Below, one piece after another: positions 43,901 through 51,994 of a stretch of 64,000 bases of DNA. The stretch covers positions 20,958,001-21,022,000 of the forward strand of contig CM075987.1 in assembly GCA_038087875.1 (NCBI GenBank). The letters run 5' to 3'. The position numbers and the translations under genes were made by a program. How positions within the stretch are numbered: the stretch's first letter is position 1; every line of letters begins with the position of its first letter. The stretch comes from Malacoraja senta. Lineage: Eukaryota. The notes under the pieces were generated by a model. That model saw nothing but the letters and a program-made list of their open reading frames with translations. It was not told where the DNA came from and searched no databases.

Positions 43901-45657
43901 AGTATCCAGCGTGGGAGTTGATCACACACCAGATACTTGCTAACTCAGATGTAAGAAAAGCAATCAATCAATTGCACTGTCCCTTCAGCGGTGAGGAAAC
44001 ATTGCTCGGGGTTGCTCTAGGTTTAGACATCACAAGTTGCCCATCAGCAGGAAGCTAGTTTCCCACATTCTGGAGCACAGCACAGTGCTGGGGATACAAT
44101 TCCCTCTGTCACAAACACTGTGGCACTGGAGGAAATACCACGTCTGGTTATCTTTCACAATTTACCCACGTTTGTCATTAAGTAATTGGAGCGGCAGATG
44201 TAGGGAGGAGTGTGCGGGTCGTCCCTGACTGATCAGCCACTGTGTATTGGTCGGCCAAGTTCTGGAAGGGAGCCAGTGCTGTGATATTTAAGTAGGGGAA
44301 GGGAGGTCGAGGCAGTGAGAAACCCTGACCTTAATTACCAGCCAGCTCTCCTGTCTGAAGCATGTCTTTAAAAGTAATCAGCATCTCATCTTGGGCAAAG
44401 AGCCTTAATGTGGTAGCCGTATCTTGAGGCAATCTCGAAAACTATTCCCACACAAGTCTGCAGGAAGAATTACCCTGAATCTCCCTTTAATTGGCAAACT
44501 TCAATCAGAGAGGCCGAGGAAATGAGAGGGCTTATAGTGTGGTTTACAGGATGCTATCCGATGCTGCTTTATTAAGGGTGAAAGGGTCAGTCAGGGGAAA
44601 TCAACCCATCAACTCTCTCTTACAAAAAATCTTTGTCTCCGTGCCTGTGTCCGTGCCCACACGCATCCATAGTAAACCTATACTATTGGCAGTATTCAAT
44701 TGAACAATGTTGAACAAGTTTGACCCTGCATCCCTGCTGTGCCTCTCCTGTAAATTGCAGTATCTACGGAGAAGTATACTTCGATCAATGATATCACAAG
44801 CAAGCAAGGAGTGTATGACGCTGACAATGGCCTCTCAAAATAGCAGCTGCCCCAATCGCCAGTGTTGTTGTTTCCTCATAGCCTGGTGTGCAGTCTGCAG
44901 GAAAAAGTAAAAGGCTTGCTTTTCTTTCAAATCCAAATAAATATCGAGCCAATGAAGCCCTTTTTATGTGTTGTAATGGTGGAAACATGGCCACCAATTT
45001 CCACATTACAAGCATAAAGGCGATAAATTACAAGGTTGATTCCTCCCTTTTGTGGAAGGATACATTTTGTCACTGGGAAGAGGTTTATCTTCCTTATTTC
45101 ACTGTGAGATCTTTTATATCTGCTTGGTGGTTTGATCTTGGTCTCACACAAAAGTCTGCAAAGCCAACAATGCAGTGGTTCCTTCAGCACTCGTTTGGTC
45201 GGGTCAACCTCATTTAGTGTCAGCCAGGATAACAGGACTGAGATGTCTTGAATGGGACATGGACCAGTTTCCCATCAAGCCACAGCCAACACTTAAGTTA
45301 GCAAGAGATTTTACAGCAGAAATCTCCCTCGCGATCAAGGATATGTTGTTACCTGCAGCACGGGGCTGGTGTCAAAACTGTAAGCGCTGGGTCTCCCTTC
45401 CAAGGTGGAGAAGGCCACGTTCCCCCCGGTCAGAGGGGAGATGTCGCTGAACTCCTCGGTGCAGAAGGCCACTCGCTCTTCATCCTCGGGACGGAGAAAG
45501 GTCCCGGCGGAAGCGCGGTAGGTTTGACGGCATGAAGCACTGTAATACTGGTAGGGAATCCATGGGGCATCCTCCCTTGTGCTCTTATAGATGGAAAAGC
45601 TCTCCGGCCGGCTGGTGTGAAACTTCAGTCGGACGTAGGTGATCTCAAATGACTTTC
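1591..45657 (-). CDS. LAMC3: Laminin subunit gamma-3, partial multi-exon gene (19 coding exons, homologous exons 2-20; exon 1 and 3' exons outside the window or not found)
   Basis: The 19 exons have AG acceptors and GT donors (one GC) and chain in consistent phase (3109 nt, no stops) into LN-LE-L4-LE-coiled coil. Features that are gamma3-like rather than gamma1-like: YYSASC..TY...[35 protein letters not shown], and a Cys pair in the early coiled coil. Confidence 0.9.
2304..2506 (-). CDS. LAMC3: LAMC3 exon 19 (coiled coil); donor could be at 2304 or 2307
   Basis: CGCAG|GT acceptor; (G)[66 protein letters not shown](V); tandem donor AAG|GTG|GTA. Confidence 0.82.
2890..3530 (+). mobile_element. 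CR1 LINE 3' fragment (young)
   Basis: [21 protein letters not shown]...RTRGHSLRI...FFSQRV..LWNSLP; 3' UTR with (CTATTGT)n tail; closely similar to 61091-62122. Confidence 0.9.
4261..4545 (+). mobile_element. HE1/V-type SINE (5'-eroded)
   Basis: B box GGTTCGATCC, V-domain and 3' tail. Confidence 0.75.
4828..4966 (-). CDS. LAMC3: LAMC3 exon 18 (coiled coil)
   Basis: 139 bp, CCCAG|GTC ... [53 protein letters not shown]; heptad pattern, phase 0 in and phase 1 out. Confidence 0.88.
5911..6210 (+). mobile_element. tRNA-derived SINE (HE1/V-SINE type)
   Basis: A box TGGCGCAGTGG, B box GTTCGATCC (5966-5974), V-domain-like GAGTTTGTACGTTCTCCCCGTG...TTTCCTCCCACA, and a CR1-like 3' end. Confidence 0.85.
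6210..6828. mobile_element. MITE with about 33-bp TIRs, flanked by TTAA; carries a nested PLE palindrome
   Basis: GGGCCTGTCCCACTTGGCCGTCATTTACGCGAC at 6214 and its near-perfect reverse complement ending at 6824; TTAA at 6210-6213 and 6825-6828. Confidence 0.85.
6327..6492. mobile_element. Palindromic PLE-derived element nested in the MITE
   Basis: Inverted arms AGATAGACACAAAATGCAGGAG...; central CTGAAGAAGGGTCTCGACCCAAAACGTC (hammerhead with a G12-to-A change). Confidence 0.8.
6984..7162 (-). CDS. LAMC3: LAMC3 exon 17 (last LE repeat / hinge)
   Basis: 179 bp, CACAG|CC ... GAG|GTAAGA; (A)[59 protein letters not shown]. Confidence 0.95.
8191..8333 (-). CDS. LAMC3: LAMC3 exon 16 (LE repeat)
   Basis: 143 bp, TCCAG|A ... 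[54 protein letters not shown]. Not in the ORF track. Confidence 0.93.
9428..9581 (-). CDS. LAMC3: LAMC3 exon 15 (LE repeat)
   Basis: 154 bp, TACAG|CA ... GG|GTAATC; (P)[50 protein letters not shown]. Confidence 0.94.
10697..10939 (-). CDS. LAMC3: LAMC3 exon 14 (LE repeats including the nidogen-binding-type module)
   Basis: 243 bp, ACAG|GG ... C|GTGAGT; (G)[16 protein letters not shown]...[52 protein letters not shown]. Confidence 0.95.
10953..10982. repeat. (AG)15 microsatellite at the exon 14 splice acceptor
   Basis: Directly visible, next to (TG)5 at 10941-10950. Confidence 0.95.
12191..12379 (-). CDS. LAMC3: LAMC3 exon 13 (LE repeats)
   Basis: 189 bp, TGTAG|GC ... G|GTAAGG; (G)[62 protein letters not shown]. 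Confidence 0.95.
13462..14294. mobile_element. Non-autonomous DNA transposon (about 830 bp) with short imperfect TIRs and an internal minisatellite
   Basis: Termini TAGGCTGTGGGCCGAG / CTCAGCCCGCAGCCTA; AGA on both sides; splits an RTE ORF. Confidence 0.7.
13904..14111. repeat. Minisatellite: (GTCA)n grading into a 20-bp unit GGTCGGTCGGTYGGTTATTC
   Basis: Directly visible tandem array of about 7-8 20-bp units. Confidence 0.9.
14853..15030. mobile_element. Palindromic PLE-derived element
   Basis: Same repeat family; minus-strand GAAGAAGGGTCTCGACCCGAAACATC; flanked by a CCACCCTTT duplication. Confidence 0.75.
15190..15690 (-). mobile_element. Old CR1 LINE fragment
   Basis: [45 protein letters not shown]. 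Confidence 0.7.
16010..16490 (+). mobile_element. 5'-truncated copy of the GC-rich retroposon family
   Basis: Shares ...CTTCCATCACAGTGAGGAATGTGGAGGAGTCACTGTGGTGGATG... and the 3' tail with the 33 kb and 51 kb copies. Confidence 0.75.
17755..18186 (-). mobile_element. Penelope-like element 3' fragment (GIY-YIG C-terminus, 3' UTR and hammerhead-type repeat)
   Basis: Minus strand reads [36 protein letters not shown], followed by a degenerate hammerhead (about 17818-17852) and the GCTGC..GACCCGCTGAGTT.CTCCAGC repeat. Confidence 0.8.
18213..18425 (-). CDS. LAMC3: LAMC3 exon 12 (end of L4 / LE)
   Basis: 213 bp, CCACAG|TT ... G|GTGTGT; (F)[70 protein letters not shown]. Confidence 0.9.
19607..19719 (-). 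CDS. LAMC3: LAMC3 exon 11 (L4 domain)
   Basis: 113 bp, ATAG|A ... T|GTAAGT; (I)[37 protein letters not shown]. Confidence 0.9.
20455..20733 (-). mobile_element. HE1/V-type SINE
   Basis: Reverse complement of the family. Confidence 0.78.
21311..21494 (-). CDS. LAMC3: LAMC3 exon 10 (L4 domain)
   Basis: 184 bp, TTCAG|TG ... AT|GTGAGT; (V)[36 protein letters not shown]...WEVTF. Confidence 0.92.
22041..22157 (-). CDS. LAMC3: LAMC3 exon 9 (L4 domain)
   Basis: 117 bp, TGTAG|AC ... G|GTAAGA; (D)[43 protein letters not shown] is typical of the laminin gamma L4 domain. Confidence 0.9.
22762..22898 (-). CDS. LAMC3: LAMC3 exon 8 (LE / start of L4)
   Basis: 137 bp, TTCAG|C ... [52 protein letters not shown]. 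Confidence 0.93.
24533..24631 (-). CDS. LAMC3: LAMC3 exon 7 (LE repeat)
   Basis: 99 bp, TTCAG|A ... [40 protein letters not shown]. Confidence 0.94.
25768..26185 (+). mobile_element. Rex1/Babar-clade LINE 3' fragment
   Basis: Translates [45 protein letters not shown]...[18 protein letters not shown] followed by a (CTTA)n tail. Confidence 0.8.
26676..26793 (-). CDS. LAMC3: LAMC3 exon 6 (LE repeat)
   Basis: 118 bp, GCAG|GC ... AG|GTATTG; (G)[38 protein letters not shown](R). Confidence 0.94.
26925..27100. repeat. Degenerate minisatellite with a TCACTGGGATA core
   Basis: Five to six variants of (G/A)TCACTG(G/A)GATA with C-rich spacers. Confidence 0.7.
27107..27438. mobile_element. MITE with about 45-bp TIRs (GGCCCTGTCCCAC type, PIF/Harbinger-like termini)
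   Basis: ATGGCCCTATCCCACGGTACGAGTTCATTCCAAGAGCTCTCC on the left, with the reverse complement ending at 27438; flanks TCA/TTA. Confidence 0.82.
27595..27783 (-). CDS. LAMC3: LAMC3 exon 5 (LE repeat)
   Basis: 189 bp, CTAG|CC ... G|GTGAGT; (P)[62 protein letters not shown]. Confidence 0.95.
28104..28270 (-). CDS. LAMC3: LAMC3 exon 4 (LE repeat)
   Basis: 167 bp, TGCAG|G ... [62 protein letters not shown]. Confidence 0.95.
29060..29800 (+). mobile_element. Related GC-rich retroposon subfamily containing a 23-bp tandem array
   Basis: Similar 5' portion (GCCAACAATCTGTC, TTTTATGTGGGGGG, GCGGCCTAACATC) and GTGAGGAATGTGG block; (CCTTGAA)n tail. Confidence 0.65.
29372..29601 (+). repeat. CpG-rich 23-bp minisatellite (GGGAGTTTCGATCGCCCTGACGC, about 10 units)
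   Basis: Directly visible adjacent units with no spacers. Confidence 0.88.
30324..31089. mobile_element. Palindromic PLE-derived element split by Rex1
   Basis: CAATTAATC duplicated at 30315-30323 and 31090-31098; hammerhead-like CTGAAGAAGGGTCTCGACCCAAAACGTC at about 30472-30499. Confidence 0.75.
30521..31045 (-). mobile_element. Rex1/Babar-clade LINE 3' fragment inserted inside a PLE-derived repeat
   Basis: Minus strand reads [31 protein letters not shown]; (TTGAA)n tail at about 30522-30533; the PLE repeat resumes at about 31041. Confidence 0.8.
32776..33510 (+). mobile_element. GC-rich non-autonomous retroposon (about 730 bp), full-length copy inserted in an old CR1
   Basis: Collinear with 51262-51994 (minus) and, over its 3' half, with 16010-16490; 3' end AAATTCCTCATATGTTGCAAAACATACTTGGCTAATAAA. 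Confidence 0.75.
33745..33946 (-). mobile_element. HE1/V-type SINE (partial)
   Basis: Head and V-domain on the minus strand. Confidence 0.65.
36340..37205 (-). mobile_element. CR1 LINE 3' fragment
   Basis: [26 protein letters not shown]...LERVQR...LGLF.L...RL. Confidence 0.82.
37617..37776. mobile_element. Palindromic PLE-derived element with a 13-bp target duplication, 85 bp from the exon 3 donor
   Basis: TGTTGTAAGGAAG at 37617-37629 and 37764-37776; inverted AGATAGACACAAAAATGCTGGAG arms. Confidence 0.78.
37861..37991 (-). CDS. LAMC3: LAMC3 exon 3 (end of LN domain)
   Basis: TGCAG|GAA acceptor, AG|GTAATT donor, 131 bp; [43 protein letters not shown](R). Not in the supplied ORF track. Confidence 0.95.
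38030..38612. repeat. Low-complexity G/A-rich tract of about 580 bp (C/T-rich on the LAMC3 transcript)
   Basis: Strongly strand-asymmetric, with many GG/GGG runs on the plus strand. Confidence 0.85.
39169..39436. mobile_element. PLE-derived element with an 11-bp target duplication and an internal inverted duplication
   Basis: CGATTCTGCAT at 39169-39179 and 39426-39436; perfect 87-bp inverted arms at 39144-39230 and 39258-39344. Confidence 0.85.
39505..39825 (+). mobile_element. HE1/V-type SINE
   Basis: Same architecture; (TAAAC)n tail. Confidence 0.82.
40960..41965 (+). mobile_element. Degenerate CR1 LINE fragment
   Basis: [13 protein letters not shown]...[11 protein letters not shown]...FFSQ....LWNSL, followed by a 3' UTR. 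Confidence 0.7.
41816..41908 (+). mobile_element. PLE-derived short insertion with an intact minimal hammerhead core, in a CR1 3' UTR
   Basis: CTGAAGA-A-GGGTC-TC-GACCC-GAAA-CG-TC at 41815-41842; 12-bp duplication TCAGCCATGATC at 41804-41815 and 41909-41920. Confidence 0.8.
42117..42880 (-). mobile_element. L1-clade LINE 3' fragment
   Basis: Minus strand reads [22 protein letters not shown] (CCHC-type motif)...[14 protein letters not shown]...W.....D..HLEEMRF...W.PF; pyrimidine-rich 3' UTR and A-rich tail near 42118-42152. Confidence 0.8.
43607..43642 (-). ncRNA. Candidate minimal type I hammerhead ribozyme motif (PLE-derived), in LAMC3 sense orientation
   Basis: Minus strand GGGT-CTGAAGA-A-GGGTC-AT-GACCC-GAAA-CA-TC-ACCC: core, helix II and a 4-bp helix I. 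Activity is not shown. Confidence 0.55.
45353..45657 (-). CDS. LAMC3: LAMC3 exon 2 (LN domain)
   Basis: TAG|GAAAG acceptor, CAG|GTAACA donor, 305 bp; (G)[24 protein letters not shown]...[33 protein letters not shown]. Confidence 0.95.
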
Positions 45658-47484
45658 CTATAATAAAAAAGAAGAGAAGAAAAAAAACTTCCATCTCTGC
45701 TCGGTAACATTTGTAAACTGCACCACCTTTCTTGTGGCCAGTCTTTGGTGATGCATTGCCTGGACACAGCAGCCAGCTTTGTGTTGATGGGAGGAGGCAG
45801 GTTCAGAAGAATTTAAAATGATGGATATTTAAACATATAATCATATAACAATTACAGCATGGAAACAGGCCATCTCGGCCCTTCTAGTCCGTGCCGAACA
45901 CTTACTCTCACCTAGACCCATCTGCCTCCACTCAGACCATAACCCTCCATTCCTTTCCCGTTCATATACCTATCCAATTTATTTTTAAATGATAAAATCG
46001 AACCTGCCTCCACCACTTCCACTGGAAGCTCATTCCACACAGCTGAGTAAAGAAGTTCCCCCTCATGTTACCCCTAAACTTTTGTCCCTAAATTCTCAAA
46101 CACTTCACCTCATGTCAAATCCTTCCATTGCCTTCCTCATTCACAAACTCTGCAACCAACTGTAGCCCAACAAATGACCCAGGTATTCGCACTCCTCAAA
46201 TTCAGCCACTTGGGTAGCACTCACTTTCATTGCTCAGCATTGACAGCCGTGCCTTTTGGATGGATAGGCCCTTAGCTCTGGAATTATTCCCTAAACCCCT
46301 ACATGAGCTTACATCATTTTTAGTTTGATTATTTTCAGCTGACGGACCTAGTGCCTTTCTGCTATGGCAAATAGGCTCTGTTAATACGTGTAGACACAAG
46401 GAACTTCAGATGCTGGAATCAGACCTGAAGAAGGAACCCAACCCAAACATCACCTATCTACGTAGTGCAGAGATGCTGCCTGACCCGCTGAGTTACTCCA
46501 GCACTTTGTGTTCTACTCTGTAAATACCTGGTGCCGCCGGAGACGATGGAAGCTGGAGCAAAAAACTCAGTGGGTCAAACAGCATCTGTGGAGACAAAGG
46601 GATGATCCATGTTCTGGATGCACTCCCTGCATTGGGAGTGAAAGACTGAAAGTAGAGAGGGATGATAGACAGTATATAAAAAATAAATGATAAGGAGAGA
46701 CAGGTGGTGGGAGGGAGGGAACGATAATGCCTCCGCATCTGCTTCCATTTATCACCTACCTCACCCCTCCCTCTCATGTCTGAGTACTGGCTGTCTTCTC
46801 TCTCAGTCCTGAAACAGGCTCTCAATCCTAGGCTTGGACCATCCTGTTGTCTCCACAGATTCTGCGTGACCTGCTGAGTTTGTCTAGCAGTTTGTTTTTC
46901 GCTACATTACTCATTCCACTCAGGGCATGGAACCTGCAGAACCCTGTTCCAATTTGGGCCGTGGCAGAATCCCACAACTGGCAGGACGTTTGCTTCCCCA
47001 GCACCGCTTAAAGGGATCAGTCATGAGTCAGCTGGTCGATGATCACTTCCAGCTGTTGGATAGTGTACTCATGTGTTCGATCAGAAGTGCAAAATGCAGC
47101 TTAGAAACTTGTTGGTGTTGTCTCTTACGTTAGTGGCCTCGACAACAAGCTGCACCCTTCGTGGGTGGGTGATAAATCTGTATTGGGATGGAAACTGAGA
47201 GGGGCAGCAAGGAAGAGAGCCGGAGCAGCTGTGGTGCCCTACTGAATAGAAGGTCTGCAGTGTTGCTCCACAAACCTCACCAAGGGATGACCTTCACGTT
47301 ACCAAGCAAGGTGTTCTCACGCTAAGCCTTCTGCTAGAGCAACGCGAGACTAACACAAGGGCAAGAAACTGTCTCCTTGAGACTGCCAAAGTCAACGTCA
47401 CCCTGAACCTTTACAACAAAGGGTCCTCGCAAACCACCACAGGAATGTCCGCAGTTCCATGTTATCCTTGGCCAAGATATCAAG

Positions 47485-47990
47485 CCCCAAATCTGAGGAA
47501 GGATGTGCTGGCACTGGAGAGGGTCCAGAGGAGGTTCACGTGAATGATCCTAGGAATTAGTGGGTTAACATATGATGAGTGTTTGACGGCACTGGAGTTT
47601 AGAAAGATGAGGGGGAACCTCATTGAAACTTACCGAATAGTGAAAGGCTTGGATAGGGTGGATGTGGAGAGGATGTTTCTACGAGTGGGAAAGTCTAGGA
47701 TCAGAGGTCATAGCCTCAGAATTAAAGGACGTTCCTTTAGGAGGACGTGGAGGAATTTCTTTAGTCAGATGGTGGTGAATCTGTGGAATTCATTGCCAGA
47801 GAAGGCTGTGGAAGCCAAGTCAATGGATATTTTTAAGGCAGAGATAGATAGATTCATGATTAGTGCGGGTATCAGGGGTTATGGGGAGAAGGCAGGAGAA
47901 TAGGGTTAAGAGGGAAAGATAGATGTTACGATTGAATGGCAGAGTAGACTTGATGGGCCGAATTGCCTAACTCTGCTCTTAATACTAATG
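47485..47990 (+). mobile_element. CR1 LINE 3' fragment
   Basis: LEFRKMRGNLIETYRIVKGLDRVD...RGHSLRI...FFSQMVVNLWNSLP. Confidence 0.82.
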
Positions 47991-48186
47991 GACATAAGAA
48001 ATACTTGTGAAAGAGAGTGCAGCAAAGACTTACAAAATTGATTCCCGGGAAGATGAGTTTGTCAGATGAAAAGAGATTAAGTACACTTGCCAATACTCAG
48101 CAGGGTTTAGATCAATGAGTAGTGATCCCATTGAATTGTACAACATTTTAATTGATCTTGACAGGGTTGTAACTCCTCTGAAAAAT

Positions 48187-48485
48187 AGGCGCAGTGGTAG
48201 AGTTGCTGCCTTACAACGCCTGAGACACAGGTCCAACCCGACTACAGGTGCTGTCTGTACGGAGTTTGTACATTCTTCCCGTGACCGCATGGGTTTTCTC
48301 CGGGTGCTCCGGTTTAATCCCACACTGTCCAAGATGTACAGGTTCGTAGGTTAATTGGCTTCGGTAAAATTGTAAAAATGGCCCTAATGTGTAGGATAGT
48401 TCTGGTGTATTGGGTGATTGCTGGTCGGCGCAGACTCGGTGGACTGAAGGACCTGTTTCCGCACTGTATCTCTAAAGTTAAGTAA
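48187..48485 (+). mobile_element. HE1/V-type SINE
   Basis: Same architecture. Confidence 0.8.
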
Positions 48486-49951
48486 ATGCCTGGAAAATGT
48501 CTGGAACTGGGGGACCGGTATCAGAGCAAGGGATCAGTCATTCAGGGCAGGAAAAAAATGCTAGACCCCGAGGGCAGTGATTCTTCATCTAATTAATCTG
48601 GAGAAGGGCCCCAACCCGAAGCGTCACCTATCCATTCCCTCCACAGATGCTGCCTGACCCGCTGAATTACTCCAGCACTTTGTGTTTTAATTTAATCCTG
48701 TTGATTCTAACAGCTCGACTTGACAGCCTTAATACTTAAAATACAACTGTTGCTCCATCATAACCTTTTTTATTATTAATGGTACAGGGATATTCTGATC
48801 AAATAAGAAAGGTTCCCAAATTAATATTAATAACAGCGCAGCAGCAATCAAAGAAAGCAACTTGAAGGAAATGAGCAGATGATCAATCGACCACTGGCCA
48901 CAGAGTCAGGGGGATCGCAGCCTAGACAATCAGTGGGCCACCACACTGATCTTCAGAGTCCAGACAGCAACAGACGTGGTTTAAAAGGCGTGGGTGTAAG
49001 TTTTATTTACTTTGTGTTTAAAATTTCAAAAGGCACAATTCCAGATAGAATTCTCCGAATATTTTTGGCACACAGTCGATCTATCCAAACCTCCTACACA
49101 GTTTGCTTATTTAATTGTAAATGCAATATGTCAGCGTGAGTGTTAGTGGAACTCTGTACTATGTTTAAACAAGTGAAACATCGTCAAATCGAAAAATCAT
49201 TCAACAGTTACAACCCCAAAGAAGGCCATTCGACCCATCACATCTGCGTTGGTTCTACTCCAGCAATTGCCTAGTTCCACACATTGGTGCCGTTAATTTC
49301 CACCTCCCCTGTAATTCTCTTGCATTTACAACCCACCATGGCATATGCTGTCTTTTTCCTTGCTTTTGCCTTCTACTGTTGATATTTTGTTATTCAGGGA
49401 GATCTGGATTTGTTAGATATTCATTTGCACCTCATTGGCAGGTGCTTCAGCTGCACCAAAACCATCTTGTCCTTCAAGACAGCTCACTGTTCACCTACCC
49501 CATTAAGCCTGTCAACTCTTGGTTTCTTATCTGAGCCAGAGCCAGGCTCATCACAATAACTGTTAAGGCATTAAAAGCCACATAGCCCTTTGAGTCCATG
49601 CCAGCGATTTGAAGAGCAACACCATCTGCCCCATTCGCCTGTTTTCCCCACAGATCTGCTATTCACTTTTCAGTGCCCATTCAATTCTCTTTTGAAAGAA
49701 AGACACAAAGTGCTGGAGTAACTCAGTTCTCAACATGTTCTCCAGAGATACGCCTGACTTGCTGCACTACTTTGTGGGTTTTTTTTGTAAACCAGCATCT
49801 GCAGTTCCATGTTTCTCCCTTTTGAAAAACCTCATTAGTTCCGGCCATCATCCATCCCTGCAGCAAGTGAGTTCTGAATTTTAACAAATTTACTGCATTA
49901 CAAAAAAAAAAATTCTTTACAACTCAGTATCATTTAACCATCTCTACAAAT

Positions 49952-50148
49952 ATGTCGGAAGCAACTGCAGATGCTGGTTTAAACCGAAGATAGACACAAA
50001 AATCTGGAGTAACTCAGCGGGACAGGCAGCATCTCTGGAGAGAAGGAATGGGTGACGTTTCGAGAGAAGGAATGGGAAACGTCACCCTTTCCTTCTCTCC
50101 AGAGATGCTGCTTGTCCTGCTGTTACTCCTGCTTTTTGTGTCCATCTA
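49952..50148. mobile_element. Palindromic PLE-derived element
   Basis: Same family, inverted arms with a rearranged centre. Confidence 0.75.
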
Positions 50149-50654
50149 CAAACGTGTCCACTGGTCCTTGAACCATTCAGAAATGGATATAACTCCGACC
50201 TGGGTTTTGTAAAGACTCAACATACAGTAATCTCTTTGCTTTTGAACCCTGTGCTTCCATTGATATACCACAAGACGTCACATTTTTCACTAGCCACTCT
50301 CTCAACCATTCATGCTACATTCAAAGATGTATGTTCATGTACACCCAGGTCCCCTTGTTACTTCATATCTTTGGAATTATGTCGTCCACATTTTTTTTAT
50401 ATCCTCTTTCTGCTAAAATATATCACTTCACTCTTCTCCCTATTAAATTTCACCTGCGACATACATGACCAATCTGCCAACATACCTTTGCCCTTTTGTT
50501 GTCTGTTCCTGTCCTTCTCTCCTCAGTTTGGTATTATCTGCAATTTTTTTATTGCTCCCTAGTACGGTCGTAGCCGGTCAGTAACAAATATCAAAAAAGT
50601 GGTGATTGTGAGGAACCCAATCAGAACACTATGCGTACCATCCTTCAGAAGATT

Positions 50655-51012
50655 AGTATAGTTTAGTTAAGAGATACAGCGTGGAATCAGGTCCTTCAGC
50701 CCTCTGAATCCAGGCCGACCAGCGAGGAGAGCACCTTCGATCGCAGTGAGGAATGTGGAGGAGTCACTGTGCCGACCAGGCACACTTCAACTAGGGACAC
50801 ACTAGGGACAATTTACAATTATACCAAGCCAATTAGCCGACAAACCTGTACGTCTTTGGAGTGTGGGAGGAAACTGGAGATCCTGGGGAAAACCCACGCA
50901 GGTTACATGGAGAACATACGAACTCCGTACAGATAAGCACCTGTAGTCAGGGTCGAACCTGGGTCTCTGGCACTGTCAGGCAGCAACTCTACTGCAGTGC
51001 CACTGTACCACC
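50655..51012 (-). mobile_element. HE1/V-type SINE with a small templated insert
   Basis: Reverse complement of the family; insert at 50723-50770. Confidence 0.8.
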
Positions 51013-51261
51013 CTATGACTAGATACATAGAAAATAGGTGCAGGAGTAGGCCATTCGGCCCTTCGAGCCTGCACCGCCATTCAATAACTCTTCTGCAACC
51101 TCCAACCTCCATTTCCCTCAGGTCTGATGAATTAACTTGTTTAAACCAAGCTAGTCTTTCTTGTATTTTCTCCTCTTCTGTCCATTAGCTCAATTGCCTC
51201 CCCCTGCATTTAGATTTTAGCAGTGTTCTCTTTCAATGTCCTCTTTTTGACGAATTTCACA

Positions 51262-51994
51262 CAACAATAATATATTAGCCAAGTATGTGTTGCAACATAC
51301 GAGGAATTTCATTTGCCAAGTCAGTCATACAATAAAAAGCAAAAGAACACACAAAATACATTTTAACATAAACATCCACCACAGTGACTCCTCCACATTC
51401 CTCACTGTGATGGAAGGTGAAAAAAAAGGTTAAAATCTCTTCCCTTCTATGCTCTCCCCGCGGTCAGGGGCCTCGAGCCCTCTGTTGACGGGACAATCTT
51501 GACTTCCTCAGCCGGGGCATTTGGGCCCTCCGCATCGGGGCGATCAACTCCTGCATCGGGGGGATGTCAGCTCCCCCGCGCCGGGTAATCGAACCCCGCG
51601 TCGGGGCTGGTCGAGCCTCTGCATCGTTGGAACTCCCGACTAGCCTCTCCCGAGACTGCGGGCTCCCGATGTAAAGTCCGCAGGCCGCGGTTGAAGCGAT
51701 CCCAGGCAAGGGATCGACTCCAATGTTAAGTCCATGCTCCGCAGTGGGGCTCAAGTCAGCCCAAGGAGGCCTCCAGCTCTACCGATGGTAGGCCGCAGAG
51801 CCAGAAAAAAAATCGCATCCCCGGCAAAGTAAGAAACTGAAAAAAAGTTTCCCCCGTCTCCCTCCCCCCCCCCCCCCCACATAAAACAAACCGGAGAACA
51901 TTTACACAGACTTTTAATACACACTAAAAAAAATTTAAACAAGACGAAAAAACAGACAGACTGTTGGCGGGGCTGCCAATCGTTCGGCGCCCCT
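51262..51994 (-). mobile_element. GC-rich non-autonomous retroposon, second full-length copy
   Basis: Reverse-complement match to 32776-33510 from the GGGGCGCCGAACGATTGGCAGCC start through the tail. Confidence 0.75.

Noticed and set aside
1591..45657. Alternative identity as LAMC1, LAMC2 or a netrin
   Set aside because: An LN domain excludes LAMC2, L4 plus coiled coil excludes netrins, and diagnostic LN residues plus the coiled-coil Cys pair favour LAMC3 over LAMC1. A phylogeny would confirm this.
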